A stretch of 64,000 nt of DNA from Rhynchobatus australiae (taxonomy: Eukaryota): contig JAUZTB010000062.1 of assembly GCA_034780895.1 (NCBI GenBank), forward strand, positions 20,977,074 to 21,041,073, read 5' to 3'. This document shows positions 36,765 to 49,208 of the stretch, piece by piece (position 1 is the first letter of the stretch; every line of letters starts with the position of its first letter). The translations under genes were made by a program, and so were the position numbers. The notes beneath the pieces are model-generated. The model made no database searches. It saw nothing but the letters and a program-made list of their open reading frames with translations, and had not been told where the DNA came from.

Positions 36765-37680
36765 GAAATTTAAAACAGTGAAAAAGAAGCCAATCGACCT
36801 ATTGTGTCCATGGTGGTTAAAAAAAGATCTATTCCACTTCCCAGCTCCTGGTCTTTAAATACTCATCTAGGTACCTTTTACATTTGGTGTGTGTTTCTGC
36901 ATTCTGCACCCTTTATAGAATGATTTCCAGGCTGTCACTGCTCTTTGAGTGCGGAAATGTTTCTTCAACTCCCTTCTAGTCCTCTCTCAACAAAATCTGT
37001 GCTCCCTCACTGTTGACCATTCCACTGAGGGCAATAAGTCCTTTCTCTTTACTCTGTCTTATAATTATATGCATTTCAAATAAATCTCTCCTCAATCTTT
37101 ATTGTTCCAAAGAAAACATTCTCAGCCTTGCCAATCTCTTGCAACTAAAGTTGTCCACTCTGCTAATACTTTTCTTAAATCTTCTCTGCACGCTCTCAAA
37201 TTTATCACAATTTGATCAATACTCCAGTGACCAGAACTGCATACAAAACTCCAGCTGTGGCCAACTAATGTTCTACACAATTCTAACATGACCTTCCTGC
37301 TTTGGCATTTTATACCTTGACCAGTAAAGGCCTTTTTAAATCTTCTTATTTTCCTGCCCTATTGAGTATTTCCAAAATGTTCTGCTTTTTTTTAAATTTC
37401 CACTATCCGTAGTATTTTGTTTTCCTGCTACCTTTGAGAATCAGTGAACAATGGTATTATGTATTTCTTGCCGGTTTACCCTCCTCAAATGCGCCACCTT
37501 GCACTTCTCTGGATTGAACTTGAGCTGCTACTTTGGCACCTAAAATAATCTTTCTATTGATGCCAGCCAGCAATCTACATTTTTCTTGAGAACCACTCTG
37601 CCAATTTTGCCATCAGCTGCAAGCATCTTAATCATGGCTTGATATTTACTTCCAGATCATTAATATATTTCATGAAAAGA
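36765..37680 (-). mobile_element. Decayed CR1 LINE, interrupted by a short Penelope-type tail near 37350-37425
   Basis: gtgaccagaactgcatacaaaactccagctgtggcc reads PQLEFCMQFWS on the reverse strand. gccaattttgccatcagctgcaagc is an LAADGKIG relic of FADDTK. Confidence 0.7.
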
Positions 37681-38317
37681 AGGAATATGCCACGGAGCTC
37701 TGTTGAACCCATCAGAGAAAAATAGTGGCAAATTTCTGAAAAGAACACTAGGGATTAGTGGGAGATTTCAACTGGGATACAGTCAGCGTAGAAGGCACAG
37801 AATTCCTAAATAGCAGTCAGGAGAATTTTTTTAAGCAGTATGTAGCAAACCCAATAAGTGGTGAACAATTCTGAATTTAATTAAATGAAAGTAAGCAAGT
37901 GGAGAGAAGCAGTGGGAATGTTCCTTCGTGGTCGTGATAATTATTCAGTTACATCTAGCATAGTTATGGGTGAAAGGTGAAGAGGAATAAATGTTCTAAA
38001 TTAAGGGAAGGGCAATTTTTCTAAAATGAGAATGTTCAGCAAAACATGCACTGGAAATAGCTACTTGAAGGTAAATTGGTCTCAGAGCAATGGAGGGCAT
38101 TCAAGAAGGAGATTCAAAGGATTTGGGATAAACATGTTCCCACACAAAGAAAGGGTAGAAATGCCAAATCCAGAGCAGCTGGGTGACAAGGTCCATAGAG
38201 GATAAGATCAGACAAAATAGAGAAGCTTATGTCAAGAACCAAGAACTTAATACTACAGAAAGCCTGGAAGAGTGTAGCAAGTATAGATGTGAAATTAAGT
38301 GAAGGAAAATTAAATCA

Positions 38318-39033
38318 AAGTGGCCTCCCCTACATCGGTGGGACTGGACATAGGTTGGGGAACCGCTTTGTCCAGCACCTCTGCTCCGTCTGCCATGCTA
38401 GCTGGGAGGTCCCGGTAGCCAGCCACTTCAATTCCACTTCACGTTCCAATACTGATGTATCTGTCCACGGCCTCCTCCACTGCCGGGTCACGGCCAAACG
38501 AAAATTAGAGGAGACTGGGCAGTCTCCAACTGGCGGCAGGAACATCAAATTCTCAAACTTACAGTTACTGCCCCCCTCCTCCCTTTTCTGCTATTTTCTT
38601 CTATTTTTCACTCATCCTGATCCCACTGGCCCCCATCACCCTATGCCTTTTCTCTCCCCCACCCTCTCCATCTAGCCATCACCCACACACTCCTCCCACC
38701 AGTTCCCCTCCCCACCTCCCTTCCTTTATTCCAAGCTCCACCGTCCTATCAGATTCTATCATCTTCAGCCCTTTGTTACTTCCACCTATCACCTCCCTGC
38801 TTCAGCCATCATTCCTGCCCTCATCTGCCAATCACCACTCCCTCACCTGGATCCACCCATAACCTGCTAGCTCGTGCTCCACCCCTCCCCCCCCCCCACC
38901 TTTTTACACTGGTTATCTCCCCTCTTTGTTTCCAATCCAGATGAAGGGTCTCGATCCGAAACGTCGATTGTCTATTTCCCTCCATGGATGCTGCCTGACC
39001 TCATGAGTTCCTCTGGCATCTTGTGTATTGTTC
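38318..39033 (+). mobile_element. Penelope-like retroelement relic: GIY-YIG endonuclease C-terminal half, C-rich spacer and hammerhead-bearing tail
   Basis: ORF 38229-38675 contains GLPYIGGTGHRLGNRFVQHLCSV...PVASHFNSTSRSNTDVSVHGLLHC...KRKLEE...NIKFSN, with the YIG motif, the R..H helix and the catalytic E and N regions of PLE GIY-YIG. Confidence 0.88.
38933..38970 (+). ncRNA. Minimal type-I hammerhead ribozyme motif (core variant CAGAUGA)
   Basis: The layout is caatc | cagatga | a | gggt-ctcg-atcc | gaaac | gtc | gattg. Stem I is a perfect 5 bp, stem II is 4 bp with one G-U, GAAA is intact and the cleavage triplet is GUC. Confidence 0.75.
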
Positions 39034-39044
39034 AAAGATACTGG

Positions 39045-39150
39045 AATTGGTTGATTATTGTCACATGTACTGAGATGCACTGAAAAACTTAGTTTTACAA
39101 GCTATCCATACAGATCATTTCAACACATAAGTATATCAGGTAGTACATTT
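39045..39150 (-). mobile_element. Short copy of the 22283-22622 repeat family
   Basis: attggttgattattgtcacatgtactgagatgcactgaaaaacttag aligns with 22289-22335. Confidence 0.7.
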
Positions 39151-39789
39151 TATAAGTACATAAAGAATGAGCAGACAGCTAAGGGAAGATTTGATTTTCT
39201 TAGTGACCCAAAAGATAACCTTTATGGAGATTATGAGTAAGATGCTTAAAGAACACTTAGTGTTTGTCTTTACAGAAGAGGGCGACAATGGGAATGCTGG
39301 GATTAAGAAGGAAGAATGTGAAATATTGAATGCAATACACATAGAGGTTTAATTGAGGGCCTCGGCAACTTTGAAAGTGGATAAATCACCAGGCCAGAGG
39401 AAATAGATCCCAAGCTAAGAAGCAAAGGAGGAAATTGAAATGGCTCTATCATTTTTTAAAAATCTTCCCTGGCTCAGGGTGTAGTTCCAGAGGAGTGCTT
39501 CCAATCCTAGTATTGTGTAGGTGTTTAAGAAGGCACGAAAGCATACATGGAGTAAGTACAGGCATTTTATCTAACATTGTTGGGAGAGTTGTATGCCCTG
39601 CTCATCACCTTCTAAAAATCTATAGATTCTGGAATGGCTCCTGTTGATTGGGAAATAGCAAGTGTGATCCCACTATTCAAGAGACAAGGGGAAAGAAAAT
39701 AGGCAACTACCAACCTATTAGCATCATGTTAGTAGGAGTGAAAATGCTGGAACCAATAATGAGGTATGTAAAACAGAACACCCGGGAAA

Positions 39790-41768
39790 ATGTAATATTG
39801 ACTGGACTACCCAGAGTGTTAAGAGCCTGGACGAGGTGGAATTTGTGAAATGTGTCCAGGAAAATTTCCTGAGTCAATATATTGAGGGCCTTACACGGGA
39901 CGGTGCAATACTGGATCTCCTCTTAGGGAATGAGGCAGGGCAAGTAATTGAAGTGGCAGTCAGGGAGCACTTTAGCTCTAGTGACCATTAGTTTTAAGAA
40001 AATGATGGAAAAGGACAGGTTAAGGTCCTAAATTTGAGCAGGGCTAATTTTGGGGGAATTAGGCAAGATCTAGCAGAGGTCGATTGGGAGGGCCTGTTTA
40101 AAAGGAAAGGAGTGAGTGGCAAGTGGGAGGCTTTTAAGAGTGTGATATCTGGAGTCCAGCAGCAGCATGTTCCTCTCAGGGTGAAGGGTAAGCCTGGCAA
40201 GTTTAGGGAATCTTGGCAGACGAGAGATATTGAGGCTCTGGTCAAGAAAAAGAAGGAAGCATACACTGGGTTTAGGAGATCCGGAATGAGTGAATCCCTT
40301 GATGACTATAAAGAGATTAAGAATACATTTGATGAAAATCAGGAGGGCAGAGAGGGGGTAGGAGATGGATTTGGCAGGTGAGATGAAGTAAAATCCCAAG
40401 AGGTTCTCTAGCAATATGAAGAGTAAAAGGGTGGTCAGGGAGAGGGTAGGTCCCCTTAGAGATCAGCAGGTCTGCCTATGTCTCGAGCCACAGGAGATGA
40501 GTGGGACTTTTAATGCATGTTTCTCCTTGGTGTTTATTGAGGAGAAAATCATGGTTGCTCAAGAGATAAGATAAACGAGCAGTGATGTTTTGGAGGATAT
40601 TCACATTACCAAGGAGGGGTATTTGCAGCCTTATAGCACATTAAGGTGGATAAACCCCAGGGTCTGACCGAGTGCATCCTCAGACGTTGTGGGAGGCTAG
40701 AGAAGAAACTGTGAAGACTCTTGCGGAGATATTTGATTCATCGTTAGCCGCTGGTGAAAGTCCCAAAGACTGGATGATGTTGTTCCGTTGTGTAAGAAGG
40801 GTACAAGAACAAGCCGGGGAACTACAGGCCGGTCAGCTTGACATCAGTAGTGGGGAAGTTACTGAAGGGAATTCTGAGGACAGGATCTACCAGCATTTGG
40901 ATTGTCAGAGACTGATTAGGAGGAGTCAGTGTGGCTTTGTGCATTGGAAAGTCATGCTTGACAAACCTTTTAAGAGTTTTTTGAAGAGGTAACCAAAAAG
41001 ATTGATGAGGGTAGGGCTGTGAATGTTCTCTATTTGGACTTTAGCAAGGCCTTCAGCAAGGTCCCGCATGTTTGGCTGGTCTGGCAGGTTATGTCCAATG
41101 GAATCCGGGGAGAGCTAGTTAGGTGGATTCAAAACTGGCTCAGAGGTAGGAAGCAGAGGGTGGTTGAAGGTTGTTTCTCGGAATGAAGGCCGGTGTATAG
41201 TAATGTGCCATGGGGGTTGGTGCTGGGACCCTTGTTATTCATTATGCATATAAATGATTTGGATGCAAATGCACAAAGCTTGATTAGTAAATTTGCGGAT
41301 GACACGAAATTAGGAGGTGGGTGGTGTTAGTGAAGAAGGTCAATGTAGATTACAGGGGGATTTTGATCATTTGGGGAAGTGGGCTGAGGAGTGGCAAATG
41401 GATTTCAAGACAGATAAATATGAGGTGATGTATTTTGGAAAGTCAAACCAGCGTAGGACTTGTACAATGAATGGTAGGGCACTAGGGAGTGTAAAGGAAT
41501 AGAGGGACCAAGGAGTACAAGTGCATAGTTCATTGAAAGTGGCGTCACAGGTAGATAGGGTGGCGAAAAAGGTGTTTGGCACATTGGCCTTCATCAGTCA
41601 GGGCACTGAGCATTGGAGTTGGTGCATAATGTTGCAGTTGTATAAGTCGTTAGTGAGGCCACACTTGGAGTACTGTGTGCAGTTTTGGTCACCCTGTTGT
41701 AGGAAAGATGTGGTTAAACTGGACAGAGTGCAGAAAAGATTTATGAGCATCTTGCCAGGACTAGAGGG
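39790..41768 (+). mobile_element. Younger CR1 LINE ORF2 pseudogene (endonuclease end and reverse transcriptase), truncated at both ends
   Basis: Remnants include EFVKCVQENFLSQYIEGLTR, NYRPVSLTSVVGKLL, YLDFSKAFSKVPH, GLVLGPLLFIMHINDLD, SKFADDTKLGG and LYKSLVRPHLEYCVQFWSP. Several stops and frameshifts are present. Confidence 0.95.
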
Positions 41769-42335
41769 CAATGATTTAGCAAATGGGACCAAATGTCATA
41801 TTGCCAGGTTTACTGATGGTACAAAACTAGGTGGGACTGTGAATAGGGAGGAGGATATTAAGTGGCTTCAAAGGGACATAGACAGTCACGTGTGTATGTG
41901 GGAACATAGTGAATGGAATATAATGTGGAAAGATCTGAGATCATACACTGGTACACAAAACAGAAGAGATGAGCATTTTGTACATGATGGTAAATTGGGA
42001 ATTGTTGACATTTTAAGACCTTGTACATAAGTATCTAAAATCTAATGTGCAGGTGGAATAAGCAATTAGGAAGGCAGATGGTAAGTTCACCATTATTATG
42101 TGAGGATTTTAATTCTGAAGTAAATATGTCTTATTGCAACTATGTAGAGCCTTGAGACATGGTCCACACATGGTCTCCTTGCTTAGCAATAGATACAGAA
42201 ATAGATATACTTGCCACAGAGGGAATGCAACAAAGATTTACTAGTCAGGTTCTTTGGTTTGGATGTTTGCCATATGATGAGAGAGTGTGTAGACCGTTTT
42301 CTCTCTAGTTTAGGAAAATGAGAGGTGATCTCATT
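41769..42335 (+). mobile_element. Older CR1 fragment (RT core to near 3' end), probably partner of 39615-39790
   Basis: NDLANGTKCHIARFTDGTKLGGTVNREEDIKWLQRDID, ending at agaggtgatctcatt. Confidence 0.8.
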
Positions 42336-42630
42336 ATTGATTGTCTTTAATGTGAGAGGCATGATAAAGAAGTTTGCAGATGGTACAAAAATTGACCATG
42401 TGGTTGACAGCAGTGAAAAGAAAAGCTTTGGGTTGCAGGAAGGTATAGATAGAATTCAATCTTGCAGAATTTAATCCAGGAGAAGTATGAAGTAATGCAT
42501 TTGGAGAGACACAGCAAGGAAAGGAATATTCAATAAATACAAGGACATTGAAAGGTGTGAAAGCACTGAAGGAACTTGGAATGTAAATCCACAAATCACC
42601 AAGTGCAGCAGAATAGGCTAATAAGGCATA
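42336..42630 (+). mobile_element. Third CR1 RT-core fragment
   Basis: ggcatgataaagaagtttgcagatggtacaaaaattg (GMIKKFADGTKI) and tttaatccaggagaagtatgaagtaatgcatttgg. Confidence 0.7.
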
Positions 42631-45103
42631 ATTGAAAGTTGACTGATGGATAGTAATTGACTAGAGAACAGCAATGACTTCATTCCGCATGGGACTTAGC
42701 TCAAGCAGATATCCATGTTGAGGGTACTGTAAAGGATAATGGGAAAAAAAAGCCTTGAGTGGATTTTAACATGCTCTTGAAGTTCTGTGGCATTATGAAC
42801 TGAGGTAAGACACCCTGCTTGATGCACATTTTACAGGGTAAGCTGTGCCTTGCTTTCAACCAATTCATTCTGTAAGGGACAGCACAAGGCCACTGTGAGT
42901 TTTGGCCATGGAACTAGTGATTTGGTTACCTATGGAAAGACTGTTTGTATTGGAAGATAACAAAATTTTGAAAAAAGAGGCAGTTTTTGGGATCCTCTTT
43001 TTAAAGAACAGTGATTCCGGACACGTATATAATTGTCAAAGATACTGTCTCAATCCCATCCAATTTTGCTTTATATTTCACTATGAAAGTGCCTAATCTG
43101 TTGTTGTCCTGTTACTGGTTTGACCTACCAACTGTGGCTTTTTGTGTATTGGGCACACGGCATGGGTGAGCTGTAATTCAATTGTTTTCTTCCACTGAAC
43201 CCTTACTCCATTGATAACCTACACAGCTTGTACTTTCAATGCCAGTGCTATTTGTTTACTGCAGATTTTGTCCCTTTTGGCAGTTTTATATCATCACTCT
43301 GACTTCAGGTCACAAAATAACCAAACCGTGGTGTAAAAGACAGTCCTCTAGTCACCTTTCTGTTTTGGTTGACATTCTTACACATTCACTCTCTGTTTGT
43401 GTGCAGCCAACCCATTGCTTCCAGCTTTGTCTTCATCTTTTCATTATGCAAGTTTATTTAGAAAGACCAGGTGTGCCTTTATTTTCATCCTTTTTTGTCT
43501 TTTTCAGAGGAATGACAAGTTTGTGCAACATTTTGCCTGCATGTTTGAATGTCTGCTTTTTAAATACCTAAAACAGCCATCACTCTGCCTGCACCTTCTT
43601 TGTAGAATTGCATAAATTTAAGTGTGTGAGCTGTGCACGTTGGTTCACATTTCTAAAATAGAAAGTAGGCAAATATAAAATATTTTGCAGAGATCAATGA
43701 ACTATATTTTGGGTTCTTCATTTTCATTCCCCATATTTAAAAAGATCTTCTGGAAGTTTTCAATATTCTGATAAACCCTGTCGGGTGTTGAGGGGTATAA
43801 GACTGAGGNNNNNNNNNNNNNNNNNNNNNNNNNNNNNNNNNNNNNNNNNNNNNNNNNNNNNNNNNNNNNNNNNNNNNNNNNNNNNNNNNNNNNNNNNNNN
43901 NNNNNNNNNNNNNNNNNNNNNNNNNNNNNNNNNNNNNNNNNNNNNNNNNNNNNNNNNNNNNNNNNNNNNNNNNNNNNNNNNNNNNNNNNNNNNNNNNNNN
44001 NNNNNNNNNNNNNNNNNNNNNNNNNNNNNNNNNNNNNNNNNNNNNNNNNNNNNNNNNNNNNNNNNNNNNNNNNNNNNNNNNNNNNNNNNNNNNNNNNNNN
44101 NNNNNNNNNNNNNNNNNNNNNNNNNNNNNNNNNNNNNNNNNNNNNNNNNNNNNNNNNNNNNNNNNNNNNNNNNNNNNNNNNNNNNNNNNNNNNNNNNNNN
44201 NNNNNNNNNNNNNNNNNNNNNNNNNNNNNNNNNNNNNNNNNNNNNNNNNNNNNNNNNNNNNNNNNNNNNNNNNNNNNNNNNNNNNNNNNNNNNNNNNNNN
44301 NNNNNNNNNNNNNNNNNNNNNNNNNNNNNNNNNNNNNNNNNNNNNNNNNNNNNNNNNNNNNNNNNNNNNNNNNNNNNNNNNNNNNNNNNNNNNNNNNNNN
44401 NNNNNNNNNNNNNNNNNNNNNNNNNNNNNNNNNNNNNNNNNNNNNNNNNNNNNNNNNNNNNNNNNNNNNNNNNNNNNNNNNNNNNNNNNNNNNNNNNNNN
44501 NNNNNNNNNNNNNNNNNNNNNNNNNNNNNNNNNNNNNNNNNNNNNNNNNNNNNNNNNNNNNNNNNNNNNNNNNNNNNNNNNNNNNNNNNNNNNNNNNNNN
44601 NNNNNNNNNNNNNNNNNNNNNNNNNNNNNNNNNNNNNNNNNNNNNNNNNNNNNNNNNNNNNNNNNNNNNNNNNNNNNNNNNNNNNNNNNNNNNNNNNNNN
44701 NNNNNNNNNNNNNNNNNNNNNNNNNNNNGGGGAGTCTCCAAAAAAGAACACATGTTATAAATTGAGGTTATTGTGATTTGAACATGCCGAGAAAAATAAT
44801 TTTAACAATAATAATTGCTGCCATTGATGAAGTGGCCTACAGATATGTTTACATCTTAATTTGAGAATCCAAGACAACTTTTGTCAAAGGCTTGTTACAT
44901 GCTTTTATGTAAAGTTGGATATCAGTTGACAAATAATAACAATAACAAGCTTAACCTCTTTTTTCACAGCCATTAAATGATGGTAATAATTGATTGCAGC
45001 CAGTTTCCCTGAGTTGGGAATTGAATTACTGCTCTTGAAACAGTGTATCTTCTGTTGAATATGTGTAATCATTGTAAATGAGAAATGTTTTCTTTTATTG
45101 TAG

Positions 45104-45171
45104 GGATGCTGGTGGTTATTGTATTATTGCTGATTGCCATCATTGTGGTTGCTGTCTGGCCAAAAGGGTAA
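45104..45171 (+). CDS. STX8: Syntaxin-8, terminal coding exon (C-terminal transmembrane anchor)
   Basis: The acceptor is ttttcttttattgtag. The exon translates to (G)MLVVIVLLLIAIIVVAVWPKG with TAA at 45169-45171, matching STX8 GMIMVILLLLVAIVVVAVWPTN* as recalled. Confidence 0.95.
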
Positions 45172-47392
45172 TCAAGCAACAATGGCACAAACAATGCTCA
45201 TCAGTGAATATGGACTGGATGTTAAAACTGGACAACATGTTCTTCTTGAGATCACCGGAGCAAGATTGAAATAAGTATCCCTAATCAAGCAATAGAGAAT
45301 GTTACGATGTGTTTGATATGCTTCTCTTACTATTATTTAATACGCGAAATAGACCAAATTAATCAAGGCCAAAACAAAACTCAATTAGTTCATTACTTGC
45401 TGTAAGATTTCCAATTCAAATTAAGATCCTGTCTTAAATTCAGAAATGATAGTTGCGAATCTTGAGTGGCATAATATTCAAGGGCTGTAAATAATGCCTT
45501 TGATTTATACTCCTGACTACATAACTTCAATCTATATATTTATTTTTCTCTTCGTAAAAACTTAGGGATATCCAGAATTTTAGTACTTTATAAAGTTTCC
45601 TTTGCCAAAGCGAAACCATTAAAAAAGTATGTTAAATGTTTAAACAAAATATATTACATTTCTGACATGTTCCTAGATGAGAATTATAAACACATTTAAT
45701 GCTGTGTTCCATCGTTTTGTTACTTTGTTGTCCCATTCTTTTTTTATTCTGATCGTAATTTTATTACGTAAATGAGATGGACATGATCATTTAAAATGCT
45801 CCAGCAATCCTCTTAAATAAGGCAGCGTTTACTCATTCACACTATTACTGTATTTTCCCAGGAAAAATGCTTTTATTGGTGCCTGCAGGGTCAGCGAAGG
45901 GGCTCCTAGTAGGGCACAGGGAGTGTGTGCTATCTCACTGCCTGTAAACAGTGTTGCTGTTCACACGGAATTGGAACTTGGAACAAATTGCTCTCAGTGT
46001 GGAAATTCCAATCTAACAAAATAGTAATTAGAAACCATTTCCTTATAATTTCATGCAGTTATGTACTTCAGACATTATGTATGCAATTTTTATAAGCATT
46101 TAGTAAAAGTATTCAAAATATGGTGTATGAATAAATATTTTCCAACTCTTTTAGCCTGTGTCTCATGTGCAGTTGCTGACTCTCTTTTCATTGTGGGCAA
46201 ATTCAATATTTGCAAAATACCAGCTTTAATACTTAGGATCACATTCTTATTTTCCTTGTGTTATAAAAGAGAATTTTTACTGTGTGCTCAAGGTAATGGA
46301 ACCACTTTTTTTATCTATCCATGCTTTTTGAGATCTTTTGCACTCTGCATGTATCAGTTCTGATATTTTTTTAAAAAATGACAAATTCTGCAAAACTCCC
46401 TATCATTAGGATAAACTCAGGCAGGTTTCAAAATGCTTCAGTGATAAAGTAAACTACAAGTTTCAATCCTGCCAAGGGAATTTAAGGTGATCACAGAAAT
46501 GTGGCCCATCTGTTTACCTATTTAACTGCCTTCAAGGGAAAAATAACAGAAGAGCAACTGTCCTCTGTGGATTGATTCAGTCTGCTGTCAGAATATCCAC
46601 CACCGTAGATCTGGGGAGACTGGGGGGAGGGGTGGAGGTGAGTGGAAACTACCTTGCAAAATGCAGTGAGTTAGTCCATCATTTTGAGAGCTCATAAGCA
46701 GCTTCATTAAATCAGTTCAATTATATAGCTTTGATTCAGTCACCACAAATCCACATGATTGATTTTAATTTGCATGGTGGCTTTTCTATTATGTTACTGA
46801 TGCATATTTAAGTAAGGCATTGCACAAAATTTGCAGTATTAATTAAATCATAATAAGGAAACTAAATAATTATATTTTCCTTTCTTCTGCTATGCCATCT
46901 TAACCGGGGTCATTGTTTGATCATACTTCATTCTGAAACATAATGGGGAATTTCTCTCAATGGTGAACAGTTTAATAGTTACACGGGTGCTTTTTAAATA
47001 TGTAAGAGCTATTGTCTACTGGAATGAAATCTGAAGCATGCATCTGTTAAATTATTTGTGATCTCTGCGACATTCAACTGAAAATATTGTGTACGCAATT
47101 AAAAACCATTTTCCTGTCCATTATTGTAATGAGACTTCCTGAAAATGAGGTAAGATCTCTACCTGTTTGTTATTTTAAGTACTTAGAAACTTGTATTTTT
47201 AAAACCATGATTCATTTTGTTTTATGAGGCAAAATGATACCATCATCTTCCAATTCCTGAAAATTAATTATTATTGTTACTATATTGTATATATGAAGTC
47301 ACCAGAGAGTAGCTAATGACTAGTGACTTGTTTTGTTTCCTTACTTTTCTGGCTGAACTCCCAAAACAACATTTTGGATGTATTTGAATAAA
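45172..47392 (+). other. STX8: Probable STX8 3' UTR; end unresolved (candidate poly(A) signals ATTAAA 45618, AATAAA 46130 and 47387)
   Basis: AT-rich, repeat-poor sequence follows the stop codon. The hexamers are seen directly, but which one is used cannot be determined from sequence. Confidence 0.4.
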
Positions 47393-48444
47393 TTGCATTA
47401 TTAAGTTTACTGTTTTATTAAGTGGTGTGGTCTTTGAAAATTTAATGGCACCCTCTAAAACTTTTCAACACTATGTAAATGATATATTTTAGAAGATAAA
47501 TACTTCTGGTTGATTCGATCTGTTGTAGTCAATAAGTTAGATGACAAAATGCTGCATCTGCTCCTTTGCATAGTACCTATTCTATAGGCTTGATAATTCC
47601 ACAATATCCTTGCAGCATTTCACTCTGTTATTGCCTTGAAGTGTGTGATTCCCACGCATACTTAAAAGTCCCAAACTTATTGGCTATTTATTGTTGGCAA
47701 TTCCCCAACTGCACACCAACATTGAACTCTTTGTTAACCTGTGGACTTGGCGCAGGATCAACAAGTCCATTCATTTAAATTTAGAAGATCAGCTGTGAGG
47801 AACCTAGGTAAGTATAAAGTAATTTAGACTTTCTGAATTAATTTACTTTGCTAAATGTTTGTTGTTGCCTAAAATGTATTGATGTGTCTTGTTTTAATTT
47901 TTAATCAGTTTAAAATGTTTTAATACTTCCATTGACTTTAACAGCTTTTTTATATTCATAAGCAGTCAAAATCCTTGATAGGTTTGACGGGTAGCTAAGT
48001 CTGTAGGCACATCTTAACCAGCTGTGAAAATCTTTTTCTGTTGTTCTATGGACAGGACTTGCTTGTTGTTTGCAGCAAGTTCTGGCCCAACATTTTTGAA
48101 AAGACTTCCATTGATACCTGGGAATGTGTTTCAAATCTGTTTCATACTTTTACCTTTTTGAAAATGATTATGAGAACATGACAGTATAAACTGACAAAAA
48201 TTCTTGCATATCTTGCCACAATGTAGTAAAATGAATCACCAAAACTAATTAATTCAGTCTGCTTACCAAAAACAGACCAAAGGTACTGAGTCCCATTATG
48301 CACAGAAAGTCATAATGTGGCTATTTGTAATAGAAGTTGTTCACTGATAACCTGAGAAGATTTCCATAATTGCACCTTTTTTCGATCTTGAGAATGAAAT
48401 GTCGTGTTTGGATTCTATGGATAATGGTGACTAGGGTATAGAAT

Positions 48445-48880
48445 TGGATGGGTGTTGTGGGGACAAGGGGGGAGAGGCTGCGTGGGTGAGTTCAAGATTG
48501 TTGAGATTTGAATTTTGTAAGGTTTCTGTCCACAAGCAGCCTGTTGACGGGCTGCAGGCCTCTGCACCAAATCTCACGAGAGCAGGTAGTTATTTTGAGA
48601 TAGTGAAAGTCATAGTGAATAGTAGCAGCTGATGTTCGTCAATGGTGTTGGGGAATTCCAATTGCAGGGAGGTGCTGGAAGGGTGTTTGGAGGAGCAGCT
48701 GGGTGTCCAGTAGATAGCATAGTATTCCTTTGTGGTGATTGTGGTCATGGAGACCCAGTGATGGTCGAGGATTAGATTCAGGGGCAGGCAGGCTGTTAAT
48801 GTGATGATGTCGCTGTTGTTTTTACCAGCTTGCTTTCCGGTCCTGGATTAAACACTTCTGTTGGCCCAAAGCACAGCTAT
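48445..48880 (-). mobile_element. Decayed L2-like LINE fragment
   Basis: A G-rich block whose reverse strand is C-rich, with ctattcactatgactttcactatctc-type L2 ORF2 texture. No intact motif is present. Confidence 0.4.
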
Positions 48881-49208
48881 CAAGGCACTTACCTCCTGCA
48901 TTCAGCTTTTGCTTGCTTTCAGCTACCATGTTTTCCAAGTCTAGTAAGTTTGACTGCTTGTGATTAAATAGTAGCTTTTAAAATGAGAGCAGGCAGCCTC
49001 AGTATAATATTGAAATGGCCGGTTACCATCGGCAGATTGGTGATCATCATTGTCTGGCCTCCACTGAAACCAGAAGTGGGTGGGATGGAGATAGATTTCT
49101 GTTCTGATTGTTTGCAATTTAGCTTCAGCCATTTCATTAAAATAAAGAACTGGTGGAGGGGAGATCTGTAGAATGTAAATGTTTTTCTACTGCTCAGTGG
49201 ATGGGATA

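Larger units (their letters stand above)
37750..39500 (+). mobile_element. Old CR1 ORF2 (endonuclease end to pre-RT), split by younger insertions at 38318-39150
   Basis: GDFN and QENFFKQYVANP-like remnants precede the insert. FYKYIKNEQTAKGR and KVDKSPG follow it in colinear order. Confidence 0.7.
11323..45103 (+). other. STX8: Last intron of STX8 (33,781 bp including gaps, GT-AG, phase 1)
   Basis: The GT at 11323 and AG at 45102-45103 join G|GG into a Gly codon and keep the frame. Confidence 0.9.

Noticed and set aside
41521-42030. 169-aa ORF with RT-like motifs in scrambled order
   Set aside because: It is a chance in-frame fusion of two decayed CR1 fragments, not a functional gene.
43702-44765. 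Longest ORFs in the track (326-349 aa), and similar ones at 2761-3323 and 63233-63968
   Set aside because: They consist almost entirely of N-gap X residues.
45078-45269. 63-aa Cys-rich ORF (MRNVFFYCRDAGGYC...)
   Set aside because: It is an off-frame reading across the STX8 acceptor and terminal exon.
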